Virus record (IMG/VR): IMGVR_UViG_3300042402_003469
Location: 1,040-65,039 of that record
Length of the DNA: 64,000 bases
Direction: 5' to 3' (one strand)
DNA from: a virus
Lineage: Duplodnaviria > Caudoviricetes
This document shows positions 9,556 through 19,017 of the stretch, piece by piece (position 1 is the first letter of the stretch; each line of letters begins with the position of its first letter). A program made the translations under genes and the position numbers. The notes below the pieces were generated by a model, which was not told where the DNA came from, did no database searches, and was given only the letters and a program-made list of their open reading frames with translations.

Positions 9556-11361
9556 ATGGCGAATTTACCAATATCATTATTACCGAAAGCAACCACAGGA
9601 TATTCAGATTCTTTGATGGTTATCGTAAACTATAATACCGTTGCCTCAGGACAAACTGAGTCAATACCTTTTTCTGCGGTAACTAGAAGTGGTGAAAACG
9701 GAACCTCGGGAACGAGTGGCTCTTCAGGTATTAATGGTACTCCAGGTTCTAACGGAACTTCGGGTAGTTCTGGACAGTCAGGAACATCAGGTACTGATGG
9801 TACAAGCGGAACTTCAGGTATTGACGGTACAAGTGGTACTTCAGGGACTAGTGGTTCATCAGGAGTTAACGGGGTATCAAGTGGACAAGTTTTATTTTTC
9901 AATACACAAAATACTCAATCACCTTATTTTGAAATTTCCCCTGTTGCTGATAATCTTTCGGAAACAGGTGTAACAGTAAGTGTTTCAGCACAAACTGAAG
10001 GGGTTATTGCGGAATATCAAACACCTGTGTCCTACCCTGGTATTAATATATTACCTCCAGGTGTGTGGACTTTTAACTTACACGCATACAAAGAAAACCC
10101 AAGTGCGATTTTTGATATATTTTGTAGGGTATATAAAAGAGATAGTGGTGGTACTGAAACTTTATTATTTAGTACTGACCCTGTACCAGTAACAACATAT
10201 GCCCCTAATGTTGCAATGTATGTTACCGACGTATATCAGTCAGGTAGTACTTTAGATATTACCGATAGATTAGTTGTTAAAGTGATAGGTAAGAACAATA
10301 AACTATTTGACCAAGTATATTCTTTGACATTTGTTAGTGAGGGTACGAACCATTATTCATTTGGGACGACTACTTTATATTATTTAGGAGGTACTTCAGG
10401 TAGTAGTGGTACTTCAGGAAGTTCAGGTACAAGTAATGGGTCTTCAGGAACAAGTGGTAGTTCAGGGGAATCAGGAACTTCAGGTTCTTCAGGTACAAGT
10501 AATGGTTCTTCAGGAACTAGTGGTAGTTCAGGTGAATCAGGAACAAGTGGGTCATCAGGTATAAATGGTACTCCAGGTTCTAATGGAACTTCAGGTACAA
10601 GTGGTAGTTCAGGTGAATCAGGAACTTCAGGTATTGATGGTACATCAGGTACAAGTGGTAGTTCAGGTGAATCAGGAACTTCAGGTATTGATGGTACATC
10701 AGGTACTAGTGGTAGCTCAGGAGAATCAGGAACTTCAGGTACAAGTGGTTCATCAGGTACTAGTGGTAGCTCAGGAGAATCAGGAACTTCAGGTATAAAT
10801 GGTACTCCAGGTTCTAATGGAACTTCAGGTACAAGTGGTTCATCAGGTATAAATGGTACATCAGGAACAAGTGGTAGTTCGGGAACATCTCCATCAGTAC
10901 CTGAAAGATATTATGGTGCGTTTTATGATAATGGTATACAACCATTATTAGCCGCAAACACCCCCCAAGTGATGAGTGCTAACACCACAACATATTCTAA
11001 TGGTGTAATTATAAGTGGAGGAACTAGATTTGTTGTTGAAAATTCAGGTATTTACAATCTACAATTTTCTGCACAATTAAATAAAACTTCGTCAGGGACA
11101 GATGAAGTTGCAATATGGTTTAGAAAAAACGGTAATGATATTGTTAATTCAAATACCGAAATGCAAGTACCAAAACAAGGTTCTTCAGGCAAATTAGTTG
11201 CTGCTTGGAATATTATTGAACAACTAAATGCCAATGAATATTTGGAAATTGTTTGGGCATCTGCAGATACCACATACGAAATATTATATCAACCATCACA
11301 AGTAACACCTTATGCAAAACCAGAAACACCGTCCATAATTGTAACGGTAACTCAAGTTTAG
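9556..11361 (+). CDS. Collagen-like fibre protein (Gly-X-Ser/Asn/Asp triplets) with a C-terminal C1q/BclA-like trimerisation domain
   Basis: N-terminal MANLPISLLP resembles fibre N-termini; two G-X-Y blocks; C-terminal YYGAFYD...SGIYNLQFSAQL...IWFRKNG...YLEIVW. Confidence 0.75.
   Translation: MANLPISLLPKATTGYSDSLMVIVNYNTVASGQTESIPFSAVTRSGENGTSGTSGSSGINGTPGSNGTSGSSGQSGTSGTDGTSGTSGIDGTSGTSGTSGSSGVNGVSSGQVLFFNTQNTQSPYFEISPVADNLSETGVTVSVSAQTEGVIAEYQTPVSYPGINILPPGVWTFNLHAYKENPSAIFDIFCRVYKRDSGGTETLLFSTDPVPVTTYAPNVAMYVTDVYQSGSTLDITDRLVVKVIGKNNKLFDQVYSLTFVSEGTNHYSFGTTTLYYLGGTSGSSGTSGSSGTSNGSSGTSGSSGESGTSGSSGTSNGSSGTSGSSGESGTSGSSGINGTPGSNGTSGTSGSSGESGTSGIDGTSGTSGSSGESGTSGIDGTSGTSGSSGESGTSGTSGSSGTSGSSGESGTSGINGTPGSNGTSGTSGSSGINGTSGTSGSSGTSPSVPERYYGAFYDNGIQPLLAANTPQVMSANTTTYSNGVIISGGTRFVVENSGIYNLQFSAQLNKTSSGTDEVAIWFRKNGNDIVNSNTEMQVPKQGSSGKLVAAWNIIEQLNANEYLEIVWASADTTYEILYQPSQVTPYAKPETPSIIVTVTQV
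9691..9879 (+). repeat. Collagen-like block 1 (GTS/GSS triplets)
   Basis: Uninterrupted Gly-X-Y run. Confidence 0.9.
10390..10890 (+). repeat. Collagen-like block 2 (GTS/GSS/GES triplets, two single-Asn register breaks)
   Basis: Gly-X-Y run with GTSNGSS interruptions and internal 54- and 66-nt duplications. Confidence 0.9.
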
Positions 11362-11388
11362 ACTTATTCAACAAATTAAATAACAATT

Positions 11389-11419
11389 AAAATCCTCCAA
11401 GTATCTTGGAGGATTTTTT
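11389..11419 (+). terminator. Intrinsic terminator after the fibre operon
   Basis: AAAATCCTCCAAG-TAT-CTTGGAGGATTTT followed by T residues. Confidence 0.8.
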
Positions 11420-11468
11420 ATTTATATTACTTCTTTGTTTCTTATATTTTAGTATCTAAAATAATAGT

Positions 11469-12719
11469 ATGAAGATTTTTATTCAAATAGCGTCCTACAG
11501 AGACCCACAGTTAATACCAACAATCAAAGATGCCATCGATAAAGCTAAGAACCCAAAAAATTTAGTTTTTTCAATTGCAAGACAATTTCATCCTGAAGAT
11601 AAGTTTGACGATTTATCTGAGTATGAGAATGATGATAGATTTAGAATTTTAAACATTCCATTTGAAGAATCGAAGGGTGTTTGTTGGGCTAGACACTTGA
11701 CACAACAGTTATATCAAGAAGAAGAATATACGATGCAAATCGATTCTCATATGAGATTTGAAAAGAATTGGGATAAAACTTTAATTGATATGATTAAAGG
11801 TTTACAAAAGAAAGGTTATAAGAAACCATTATTAACAGGTTACGTTTCTTCATTTGACCCTGAAAACGACCCTAATGGTCGAGTTACGGTTCCGTGGAGA
11901 ATGTCTTTTGACCGATTCATACCTGAAGGTGCGGTTTTCTTTCTACCTGAGACAATTCCTGGATGGCAAGATTTAACAGAACCAATACCATCAAGATTCT
12001 ATTCTGCTCACTTTGCGTTTACGGTTGGACAATTTTCAAAAGAAGTTCAACACGACCCAGAATTTTACTTCCACGGAGAAGAAATTTCAATTGCCGCAAG
12101 AGCGTATACCCACGGTTATGATTTATTTCATCCACATAAAGTTGTTGTTTGGCACGAATATACTCGTAAGGGTAGAACAAAACAATGGGATGATGATAAG
12201 ACTTGGGGTGAAAAGAATTCAAGAGCTCACGCTAAGAATAGACGATTATTTAGTATGGATGGTGAAGTATTCGACCCTGAAGAGTTCGGTATTTTTGGTT
12301 TTGGTACTGAAAGAACTCTTAGAGATTATGAAAAATACTCAGGACTTCTTTTTAGTAAAAGGTCCGTACAACAGTATACGTTAGATAAAAAGTACCCACC
12401 AAATCCTAATCCTTACGAAAACGATGAGGATTGGATGAATAGTTTTTCATCGGTATTTAAACACTGTATTGACGTTTCATTTAGTCAAGTACCTGAAAAT
12501 GATTATGAATTTTGGGCGGTTATTTTTGAGAGAGACGGGGGACAAGAGTTGTTTAGAAAAGACGCGGATAAAAATGAGATATCGAGACTTATGTCAGATA
12601 AGGATGGGTATTGTAAAATTTGGAGGGAATTCCAAACTTCCGAAAAACCGTCAAAATGGGTCGTTTGGCCGTATTCAACATCTAAAGGATGGTGTGATAA
12701 ATTAGAAGGAAAATTATAA
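11469..12719 (+). CDS. GT60-like polypeptide O-GlcNAc transferase (Gnt1/Gnt2 family)
   Basis: IFIQIASYRD, GVCWARH, QIDSHMRF (DxH), F.GEEI...R.YTHGYD..HP...VWHEY are hallmarks of the GT60 family. Confidence 0.8.
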   Translation: MKIFIQIASYRDPQLIPTIKDAIDKAKNPKNLVFSIARQFHPEDKFDDLSEYENDDRFRILNIPFEESKGVCWARHLTQQLYQEEEYTMQIDSHMRFEKNWDKTLIDMIKGLQKKGYKKPLLTGYVSSFDPENDPNGRVTVPWRMSFDRFIPEGAVFFLPETIPGWQDLTEPIPSRFYSAHFAFTVGQFSKEVQHDPEFYFHGEEISIAARAYTHGYDLFHPHKVVVWHEYTRKGRTKQWDDDKTWGEKNSRAHAKNRRLFSMDGEVFDPEEFGIFGFGTERTLRDYEKYSGLLFSKRSVQQYTLDKKYPPNPNPYENDEDWMNSFSSVFKHCIDVSFSQVPENDYEFWAVIFERDGGQELFRKDADKNEISRLMSDKDGYCKIWREFQTSEKPSKWVVWPYSTSKGWCDKLEGKL

Positions 12720-12722
12720 AAT

Positions 12723-15395
12723 ATGTTAATACCTCATTATACTCCGTCGAGTGTTAAAAACAGTAATAAAGACATTATTAGTGCGGGAATTTCAGAGAAT
12801 AATGTTAAAATACTAAAATTAACTAAACACTATAAGAATCCCGTTTTTTACCCTAGAAAGTTTGAAAAATGGTCCGACACATTTGAAGTGACTCAAATGG
12901 ATGATGTTATTCAAATCAGGAGGACTGATAACCCAAATTTAGGATGGGGGGAATCGTTATTAATTGACGTTGAGTATGATTTATTAGACACATCTAAGGA
13001 ACTGTCCTCACAAAAGATACCTAGAGTTATCTATCAAACATTCAAAACCAATGAAGTGCCTAAAGGGATGTATGAATCTATTAATAGTTGGAAGACTTTA
13101 AATCCTGAATACGAACATTATTTTTACTCCGATAATGAATGTGAAAATTTTATTGAAAAATTTTTTGGGATTAAAGTGTTAAACGCTTATTTAGACTTAG
13201 TTCCAGGTGCGTTTAAAGCCGACCTATTTAGATGTTGTGTTTTATATGAAAAAGGTGGTGTGTATGTTGATTCTGATATGATATGTTTGAAAAGTTTAGG
13301 AGAATACATTGAACCTAACGATTCGTTTATTGTTGGGAGAGATGACCCGATGTCTAAAAGTTTTTTATATAACGCCTTTATGGCTTCAGAACCTAAAAAC
13401 CCTATTTTTAAAAAAATGATTGACGCCATTGTTGAAAATGTGTCTAATCGTAAAGATATATATTATTTGGATATATGTGGTCCAGGTCTTTTAGGAAAAA
13501 CTGTAAACAAAGTTTACGGACTTAATGAAAATAATGAGTATGAATTAGGGTTACAAGATTTCAATGGGGTTAATGTAAAAATATTAAAACATAATTGGGA
13601 AACTAAAACAATTAAATTAGGGGATGTTGATTTGGTATATACCGAATACCCTGATAAAAATAGAGAAATGACAGAATTAAAAATTCCAACATACTATTCT
13701 TTATACACAAATAAAACCGTTTATCGAGAAATACCCAGAAATATTTACTACCCAACCTACGACCATTTAAGTCTAAATCAATATATGGTTGACTCGTTTA
13801 AAAATAAAAATAAAAGATGGAATTTACAACATTACACTAATAATGATTTTTTAAAGTTTTTTGAAGAATATAATGAAGAATTAAAAACGTTAATAGGTGT
13901 AGATACTTTATCGTATTTTTTAACATTACATAATGGAGGAGAAAAGTCCGATTTTTGGAGATATTGTATAATTTATTTATTTGGTGGGGTTTATACCGAC
14001 TCCGACACTTATTGTAATGTACCTCTAGACCTGTGGACTATTAATCACGATTTAATTTTAGGTATTGAAGCTAATTTACCTCTTGAGGTTGCTGAAACTT
14101 TTGGGATGGACAAAATCGGATATAATCATAATGGTTATGTAGTGTCAGTATGTAATTGGACTTTCGCGGCAAAACCTAAACATAACTTCTTTAAGAAATT
14201 AATTTTAGACATTTGTAATAACCCAATTAACGGTGATATTATAAACAATACAGGACCTGGTAGATTTACAAAACACGCAATAGACTATTTTTCAGGACAA
14301 GACCTATCCATATTAAACACGAATAATATATATCAGGATAAATCGGTATTGTTTAATATTAATAGATTTGGTTCTAATCAGTCACATTCTAATTCGTTTA
14401 AAAACTATTCAAACCCGTTTGATTGTAATGACGATGTTTATGTTGTCCATATGTTTGATGGTACTTGGAGGTCTAAAAGTAATAAATCAATAAAAACTAA
14501 TAAATCAAATCTTGGTATTTCTCATAATTTAACATTACTAAAAACAAACTCAGGATATAAAGGTGTCGGTAGATTAGATAAAGATACGTCAAGAACTCAT
14601 TTTATGAAAGTTATTGGTGATTGTCGGTCATTATTAGAAATTAATTATGATTTTGATTTTAATATTATTTCCGAATCCGAAAAACATATTACAGGTTTTG
14701 ACAATATTGCGAAATTTGAGGATTACCGATGGTTCACATTTAAGACTAAAAACTATCTTTGCGTTTCCTACATTGACGAGGACTTCAACACTAAAGTTTC
14801 TATTTTAAATGAGGACTATAAATTTTTGGGGGACGTTAAAATTGATGAATATAACCGAGTTTCATTTGTCGGTCCTGAAAAAATATGGGAGAAAAACTGG
14901 TTGTTTTTTGAAAAAGACGGTGAACTATACTTCATTTATTCGACTACCCCAAGATACGTGGTGTATAAATGCGTTAATTTTGAAACTTTAGAATTTGAAA
15001 AAAGTATCAACATTGAATGGCCGTTAAACGAGAATGTTCCTGATAATGAAGTTTATTTCACATCATATGTCGGGGGCCCAATTAAAATTGCCACAGGGGG
15101 GTCGTCAAACCCAATTTATATAGAAAGTCGAGGGGTTTACTTATATTTTATTCATACCAAATTTTATAGTGAAAAAAAATATAACCATTATGCGGTAATT
15201 TTGGATAAAAATATGTTACCAATTAAGTTTTGTACTAGACCAATAATTCACAAACTAATTCCTTACGACCTATTATTTGTCTCTTCTGTCATTGAGGTTG
15301 AGGACTACTTAGTGTTTTCGGGGGGTATTTCGGATAATACTAACTTTGTATGGGAATTATCTAAAGAACATATTTTTAAAATTATTGGGATATAA
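12723..15395 (+). CDS. Multidomain glycosyltransferase: two GT32 (OCH1-like, DxD) domains plus a C-terminal five-bladed-propeller-like domain (GT91/GH130-like)
   Basis: KIPRVIYQTF...KADLFRC..LY..GGVYVDSD...CGPG; EIPRNIY...KSDFWRY..IY..GGVYTDSD...TGPG; C-terminal FEDYR and EKNWLFF. Confidence 0.75.
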   Translation: MLIPHYTPSSVKNSNKDIISAGISENNVKILKLTKHYKNPVFYPRKFEKWSDTFEVTQMDDVIQIRRTDNPNLGWGESLLIDVEYDLLDTSKELSSQKIPRVIYQTFKTNEVPKGMYESINSWKTLNPEYEHYFYSDNECENFIEKFFGIKVLNAYLDLVPGAFKADLFRCCVLYEKGGVYVDSDMICLKSLGEYIEPNDSFIVGRDDPMSKSFLYNAFMASEPKNPIFKKMIDAIVENVSNRKDIYYLDICGPGLLGKTVNKVYGLNENNEYELGLQDFNGVNVKILKHNWETKTIKLGDVDLVYTEYPDKNREMTELKIPTYYSLYTNKTVYREIPRNIYYPTYDHLSLNQYMVDSFKNKNKRWNLQHYTNNDFLKFFEEYNEELKTLIGVDTLSYFLTLHNGGEKSDFWRYCIIYLFGGVYTDSDTYCNVPLDLWTINHDLILGIEANLPLEVAETFGMDKIGYNHNGYVVSVCNWTFAAKPKHNFFKKLILDICNNPINGDIINNTGPGRFTKHAIDYFSGQDLSILNTNNIYQDKSVLFNINRFGSNQSHSNSFKNYSNPFDCNDDVYVVHMFDGTWRSKSNKSIKTNKSNLGISHNLTLLKTNSGYKGVGRLDKDTSRTHFMKVIGDCRSLLEINYDFDFNIISESEKHITGFDNIAKFEDYRWFTFKTKNYLCVSYIDEDFNTKVSILNEDYKFLGDVKIDEYNRVSFVGPEKIWEKNWLFFEKDGELYFIYSTTPRYVVYKCVNFETLEFEKSINIEWPLNENVPDNEVYFTSYVGGPIKIATGGSSNPIYIESRGVYLYFIHTKFYSEKKYNHYAVILDKNMLPIKFCTRPIIHKLIPYDLLFVSSVIEVEDYLVFSGGISDNTNFVWELSKEHIFKIIGI

Positions 15396-15449
15396 TCAAG
15401 AGATGGATTTTATTTCCAATATTTTAATATTTATAAATAAAAAACCTTA

Positions 15450-15830
15450 ATGGAATTTTATATCAAAAAAAACGCAACATTACCTGTACTTAAAATGCAA
15501 GTCGTTAAAGACGGTAGAAGTGATTATCAAAACTTTATGGATTTGATAGAATCTTCTTCTATTATTTTTAGTATGGTCGATATTGAAACAGGTATTCCTA
15601 AAATAGTCTCTAAACGAGCGGGGTTTGTGTCAAAAACATTCATAGACCCTAACACTCCTACTGAATATTATATTTATTACACTTTCACAAAAAAAGATAC
15701 AAATAAAGTTGGTCGTTATGAAGGTCAATTTATGTTGAAAAATGAACAAGGAGACCTAATAGTTCCAATTAGGGAACAATTATTTATAACAGTCCAAGAT
15801 AGTTTTATTTCCGACACCGCTTGTTGTTAA
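15450..15830 (+). CDS. Small virion protein, BppU N-terminal/Ig-like
   Basis: FYIKKNATLPVL...YYTFTKKDT..VGRYEGQF...P pattern; TATTTAT at 15428-15434. Confidence 0.5.
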   Translation: MEFYIKKNATLPVLKMQVVKDGRSDYQNFMDLIESSSIIFSMVDIETGIPKIVSKRAGFVSKTFIDPNTPTEYYIYYTFTKKDTNKVGRYEGQFMLKNEQGDLIVPIREQLFITVQDSFISDTACC

Positions 15831-15859
15831 TTGACTTCGGATTTTTAAATTTCTATATT
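15831..15859 (+). promoter_or_regulatory. Sigma70-type promoter for the DNA polymerase gene
   Basis: TTGACT (15831-36), 17-nt spacer, TATATT (15854-59). Confidence 0.6.
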
Positions 15860-15924
15860 TATGTTTGTAAGGTAAACGTCGAATTTTTCGGCAGCTAATG
15901 AACCACACGTAAAAGATAGAAAAA

Positions 15925-18636
15925 ATGATTAGTCAAGAAGAAATTAAAACCTTCCTAGAAGGTAATGACCCCGAAGAATTCATTGTCGCGGTCGAATTTG
16001 ATTATGTGTCAGATTCAGTTTATAAAATTAAAGAAATCCCTGGTCAGGGTAAAGTAATCCAAAAAGACAGTTTTATTGCATTTGCTTGGGTCGGAGACTT
16101 AAGAGGTTTGAATTTTTATCAAAACTCAAAAGCCGCTCAGAAAGAGTATATGACCAAATATGGTATTGTTATCGAAAAGTTAGAGACTAAAGGTAACGAT
16201 AGAATGGAACAAGGTCTTAAGTATATGGTAAAATCCTTAAAGGGGTATCGTACTTTAATACAGTTCTTTCGAGATGGTGGATTAGACCCTTGGAGTGACA
16301 GAGCGAAGGATTTAATTATGATTCTACCTCCTGTAGAACAATACTTAATTCAAAGAGAAAAACGTTTATTTAAGGGATATGAGGAGTACAACGATGTTAC
16401 TCGACTTGTATTCGACTTAGAGACGACCGCACTTGAACCTAAGGACGGTCGTATCTTTATGATTGGAATAAAAACCAATAAAGGTTACCAAAAGGTAATC
16501 GAATGTGCTACCGAAGAACAAGAAAGACAAGGTCTTATTGAGTTCTTCAACATTATTGATGAGTTAAAACCAAGTATTATTGGTGGTTACAATTCAGCAA
16601 ACTTCGACTGGTTTTGGATTTTTGAAAGATGTCAGGCACTTAACTTAGATATCAAAAAAACCTGTCGTTCTTTAAACCCCGCAAGAACAATATCTCAAAA
16701 AGAGAGTATGTTAAAACTTGCGAATGAGGTCGAACGATTTAATCAGGTGTCTATATGGGGTTACAATATTATCGATATTATTCACTCAGTTCGTAGAGCA
16801 CAAGCAATCAATTCAAGTATTAAATCCGCAGGTTTGAAATATATTACTCAATATATTGATGCTGAAGCGGATGACCGTATCTATATCGACCACTTAGACA
16901 TTGGACCTATGTATGCCAAGAAAGAAGAGTATTGGTTAAATGTTACTAATGGTAAATATAAAAGAGCCGATAATCCCGCGTTTAACGATTTGGACAAAAG
17001 ATTTCCTGGTACTTACATTAAAACTACAGGTGATAATATAGTTGAGAGATATCTTGACGATGACTTAGAAGAAACTCTTATTGTAGATGACGAATTCAAT
17101 CAGGGTTCGTTCTTATTGGCATCTATGATTCCAACAACGTATGAAAGAGTTTCAACTATGGGTACCGCAACATTATGGAAAATGTTGATGTTAGCTTGGT
17201 CATATAAATTCAAATTAGCGATTCCAAAAAAACAAGAGAAGACCGATTTCGTAGGAGGTCTATCAAGATTACTTAAAGTGGGATATTCAAGAAACGTATT
17301 GAAACTCGACTTTAGTTCCCTATATCCTTCTATTCAGTTAGTACACGATGTATTCCCTGAGTGTGACGTTACAGGTGGTATGAAGGCGATGTTGAAGTAT
17401 TTCCGTGATACTCGTATCTTATATAAGAATTTGGCGGGTCAGTATGAGAAATCAGACCCTAAGAAATCTTTATCATATGACCGTAAACAGTTACCAATTA
17501 AGATTTTCATCAACTCGATGTTCGGTGCGTTATCCGCTCCACAGGTGTTTGCTTGGGGTGATATGTATATGGGAGAACAGATTACCTGTACGGGTAGACA
17601 ATATCTTCGTATGATGATTAAGTTCTTTATGAAACGTGGTTATACCCCACTTGTAATGGATACGGACGGTGTAAACTTCTCTAAACCTGAGGGTTGGGAA
17701 AACAGACGTTATGTAGGTAAAGGTCTAAATTGGAAAGTTAAAGAGGGTAAAGAATACACAGGAGACGACGCCGACGTTGCCGAGTTCAATGATTTATTTA
17801 TGAGAGGTGAAATGGCGTTAGATACTGATGGTACTTGGCCGTCTTGTATTAACTTGGCTCGTAAGAACTATGCGGTTATGGACGCTAAGGGTAAGGTAAA
17901 ATTAACAGGTAATACCATTAAATCTAAAAAATTACCTTTATATATTGAGGCGTTCTTAGACAAGGGAGTTAAATTATTATTGGAAGGTAAGGGACAAGAG
18001 TTTGTTGAATGGTACTATGAATACTTACAGAAAATATTTGACAGAAGAATTCCTTTAAAACAAATTGCCCAAAGAGCTAAGGTTAAATTATCGTTGGATG
18101 ATTACCGAATTAGAAGTACTCAAAAAACTAAATCGGGTGGTTCTATGAGTAAGATGGCACATATGGAATTGGCCATTAAACACGGATTGAATATTAATCT
18201 TGGTGATGTTATCTTTTATGTTAATAATGGACTTAGGGCATCTCACGGTGATGTTCAGAAAAAAGGTAATGACACAGTTTTAAATTGTTATATGTTAGAC
18301 CCTAAAGAGTTAGAAGACAATCCTGAATTAACTGGTGATTATAATGTACCAAGAGCAATTACCACATTTAACAAACGTATTGAACCATTATTGGTTGTTT
18401 TTAAAGATGAAATTAGAGATGGATTATTAGTTTTGGACCCCGAAAAACGTGGATTATTCACTAAAGAACAATGTGAGTTGATTAATGGAAAACCATTTGA
18501 CGAGTCGGGTCAAGATAAACTTGAGGATGTATTGGCGATTTCAGAACCTGAGATGGTTTATTGGAATAAAAGAGGATTAAGTCCTGATTATATGTATGAG
18601 TTGGCCGATGAAGGCTGGGAGGAATATATTAATTAA
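15925..18636 (+). CDS. polB: Family B DNA polymerase with 3'-5' exonuclease
   Basis: ExoI FDLET, ExoII GYNSANFD, motif A DFSSLYPS, motif B KIFINSMFG, motif C MDTDG. Confidence 0.95.
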   Translation: MISQEEIKTFLEGNDPEEFIVAVEFDYVSDSVYKIKEIPGQGKVIQKDSFIAFAWVGDLRGLNFYQNSKAAQKEYMTKYGIVIEKLETKGNDRMEQGLKYMVKSLKGYRTLIQFFRDGGLDPWSDRAKDLIMILPPVEQYLIQREKRLFKGYEEYNDVTRLVFDLETTALEPKDGRIFMIGIKTNKGYQKVIECATEEQERQGLIEFFNIIDELKPSIIGGYNSANFDWFWIFERCQALNLDIKKTCRSLNPARTISQKESMLKLANEVERFNQVSIWGYNIIDIIHSVRRAQAINSSIKSAGLKYITQYIDAEADDRIYIDHLDIGPMYAKKEEYWLNVTNGKYKRADNPAFNDLDKRFPGTYIKTTGDNIVERYLDDDLEETLIVDDEFNQGSFLLASMIPTTYERVSTMGTATLWKMLMLAWSYKFKLAIPKKQEKTDFVGGLSRLLKVGYSRNVLKLDFSSLYPSIQLVHDVFPECDVTGGMKAMLKYFRDTRILYKNLAGQYEKSDPKKSLSYDRKQLPIKIFINSMFGALSAPQVFAWGDMYMGEQITCTGRQYLRMMIKFFMKRGYTPLVMDTDGVNFSKPEGWENRRYVGKGLNWKVKEGKEYTGDDADVAEFNDLFMRGEMALDTDGTWPSCINLARKNYAVMDAKGKVKLTGNTIKSKKLPLYIEAFLDKGVKLLLEGKGQEFVEWYYEYLQKIFDRRIPLKQIAQRAKVKLSLDDYRIRSTQKTKSGGSMSKMAHMELAIKHGLNINLGDVIFYVNNGLRASHGDVQKKGNDTVLNCYMLDPKELEDNPELTGDYNVPRAITTFNKRIEPLLVVFKDEIRDGLLVLDPEKRGLFTKEQCELINGKPFDESGQDKLEDVLAISEPEMVYWNKRGLSPDYMYELADEGWEEYIN

Positions 18637-18675
18637 AAAAAAAGGAATATGTTAAAATTACATATTCCTTTTTTT
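18637..18675. terminator. Bidirectional terminator between convergent genes
   Basis: AAAAAAAGGAATATGT-TAAAATT-ACATATTCCTTTTTTT perfect inverted repeat. Confidence 0.85.
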
Positions 18676-18677
18676 GT

Positions 18678-19013
18678 TTAGGATTGTTTTAATCCGTCTG
18701 AACTTAAAATATACCAATTACCCGATATAAATTTAAATTCGACACAAGCTCCTTTATCTATTAAAATTTCGTCGAACTCCTCATCAATTCTACCCGAACT
18801 TGGTAGGATTAGTACTTTAGTTAATGCCTTAATAACAATGTGGTCTGTTGATGAGTGGTCTAAAATGACTTTAGAAAATTCCACATCTTTAATTACAACA
18901 GTACTTTCACCTTTGGTTCTAAATTGTGTTTCAGAAACTAAAGCGTTCTCAGACGATACTATAACTTGTCCGTTTATTATTCTTTCCGAAGGTGTACTTC
19001 TTATTATTGCCAT
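18678..19013 (-). CDS. Hypothetical protein, possibly a beta-rich virion component
   Basis: 111-aa ORF directly downstream of the neck gene. Confidence 0.55.
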   Translation of the reverse strand: MAIIRSTPSERIINGQVIVSSENALVSETQFRTKGESTVVIKDVEFSKVILDHSSTDHIVIKALTKVLILPSSGRIDEEFDEILIDKGACVEFKFISGNWYILSSDGLKQS

Positions 19014-19017
19014 AAAA

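Noticed and set aside
9630-11273. Alternate-frame and antisense ORFs over the collagen gene
   Set aside because: Stop-free frames arise from the GTS/GSS repeats or by chance; no independent signals.
9297-12719. Skp1/SCF-type link between the Ubl gene and the GT60 gene
   Set aside because: No Skp1, prolyl hydroxylase or ligase gene is in the window; Thr/Ser-rich virion proteins are simpler candidate substrates.
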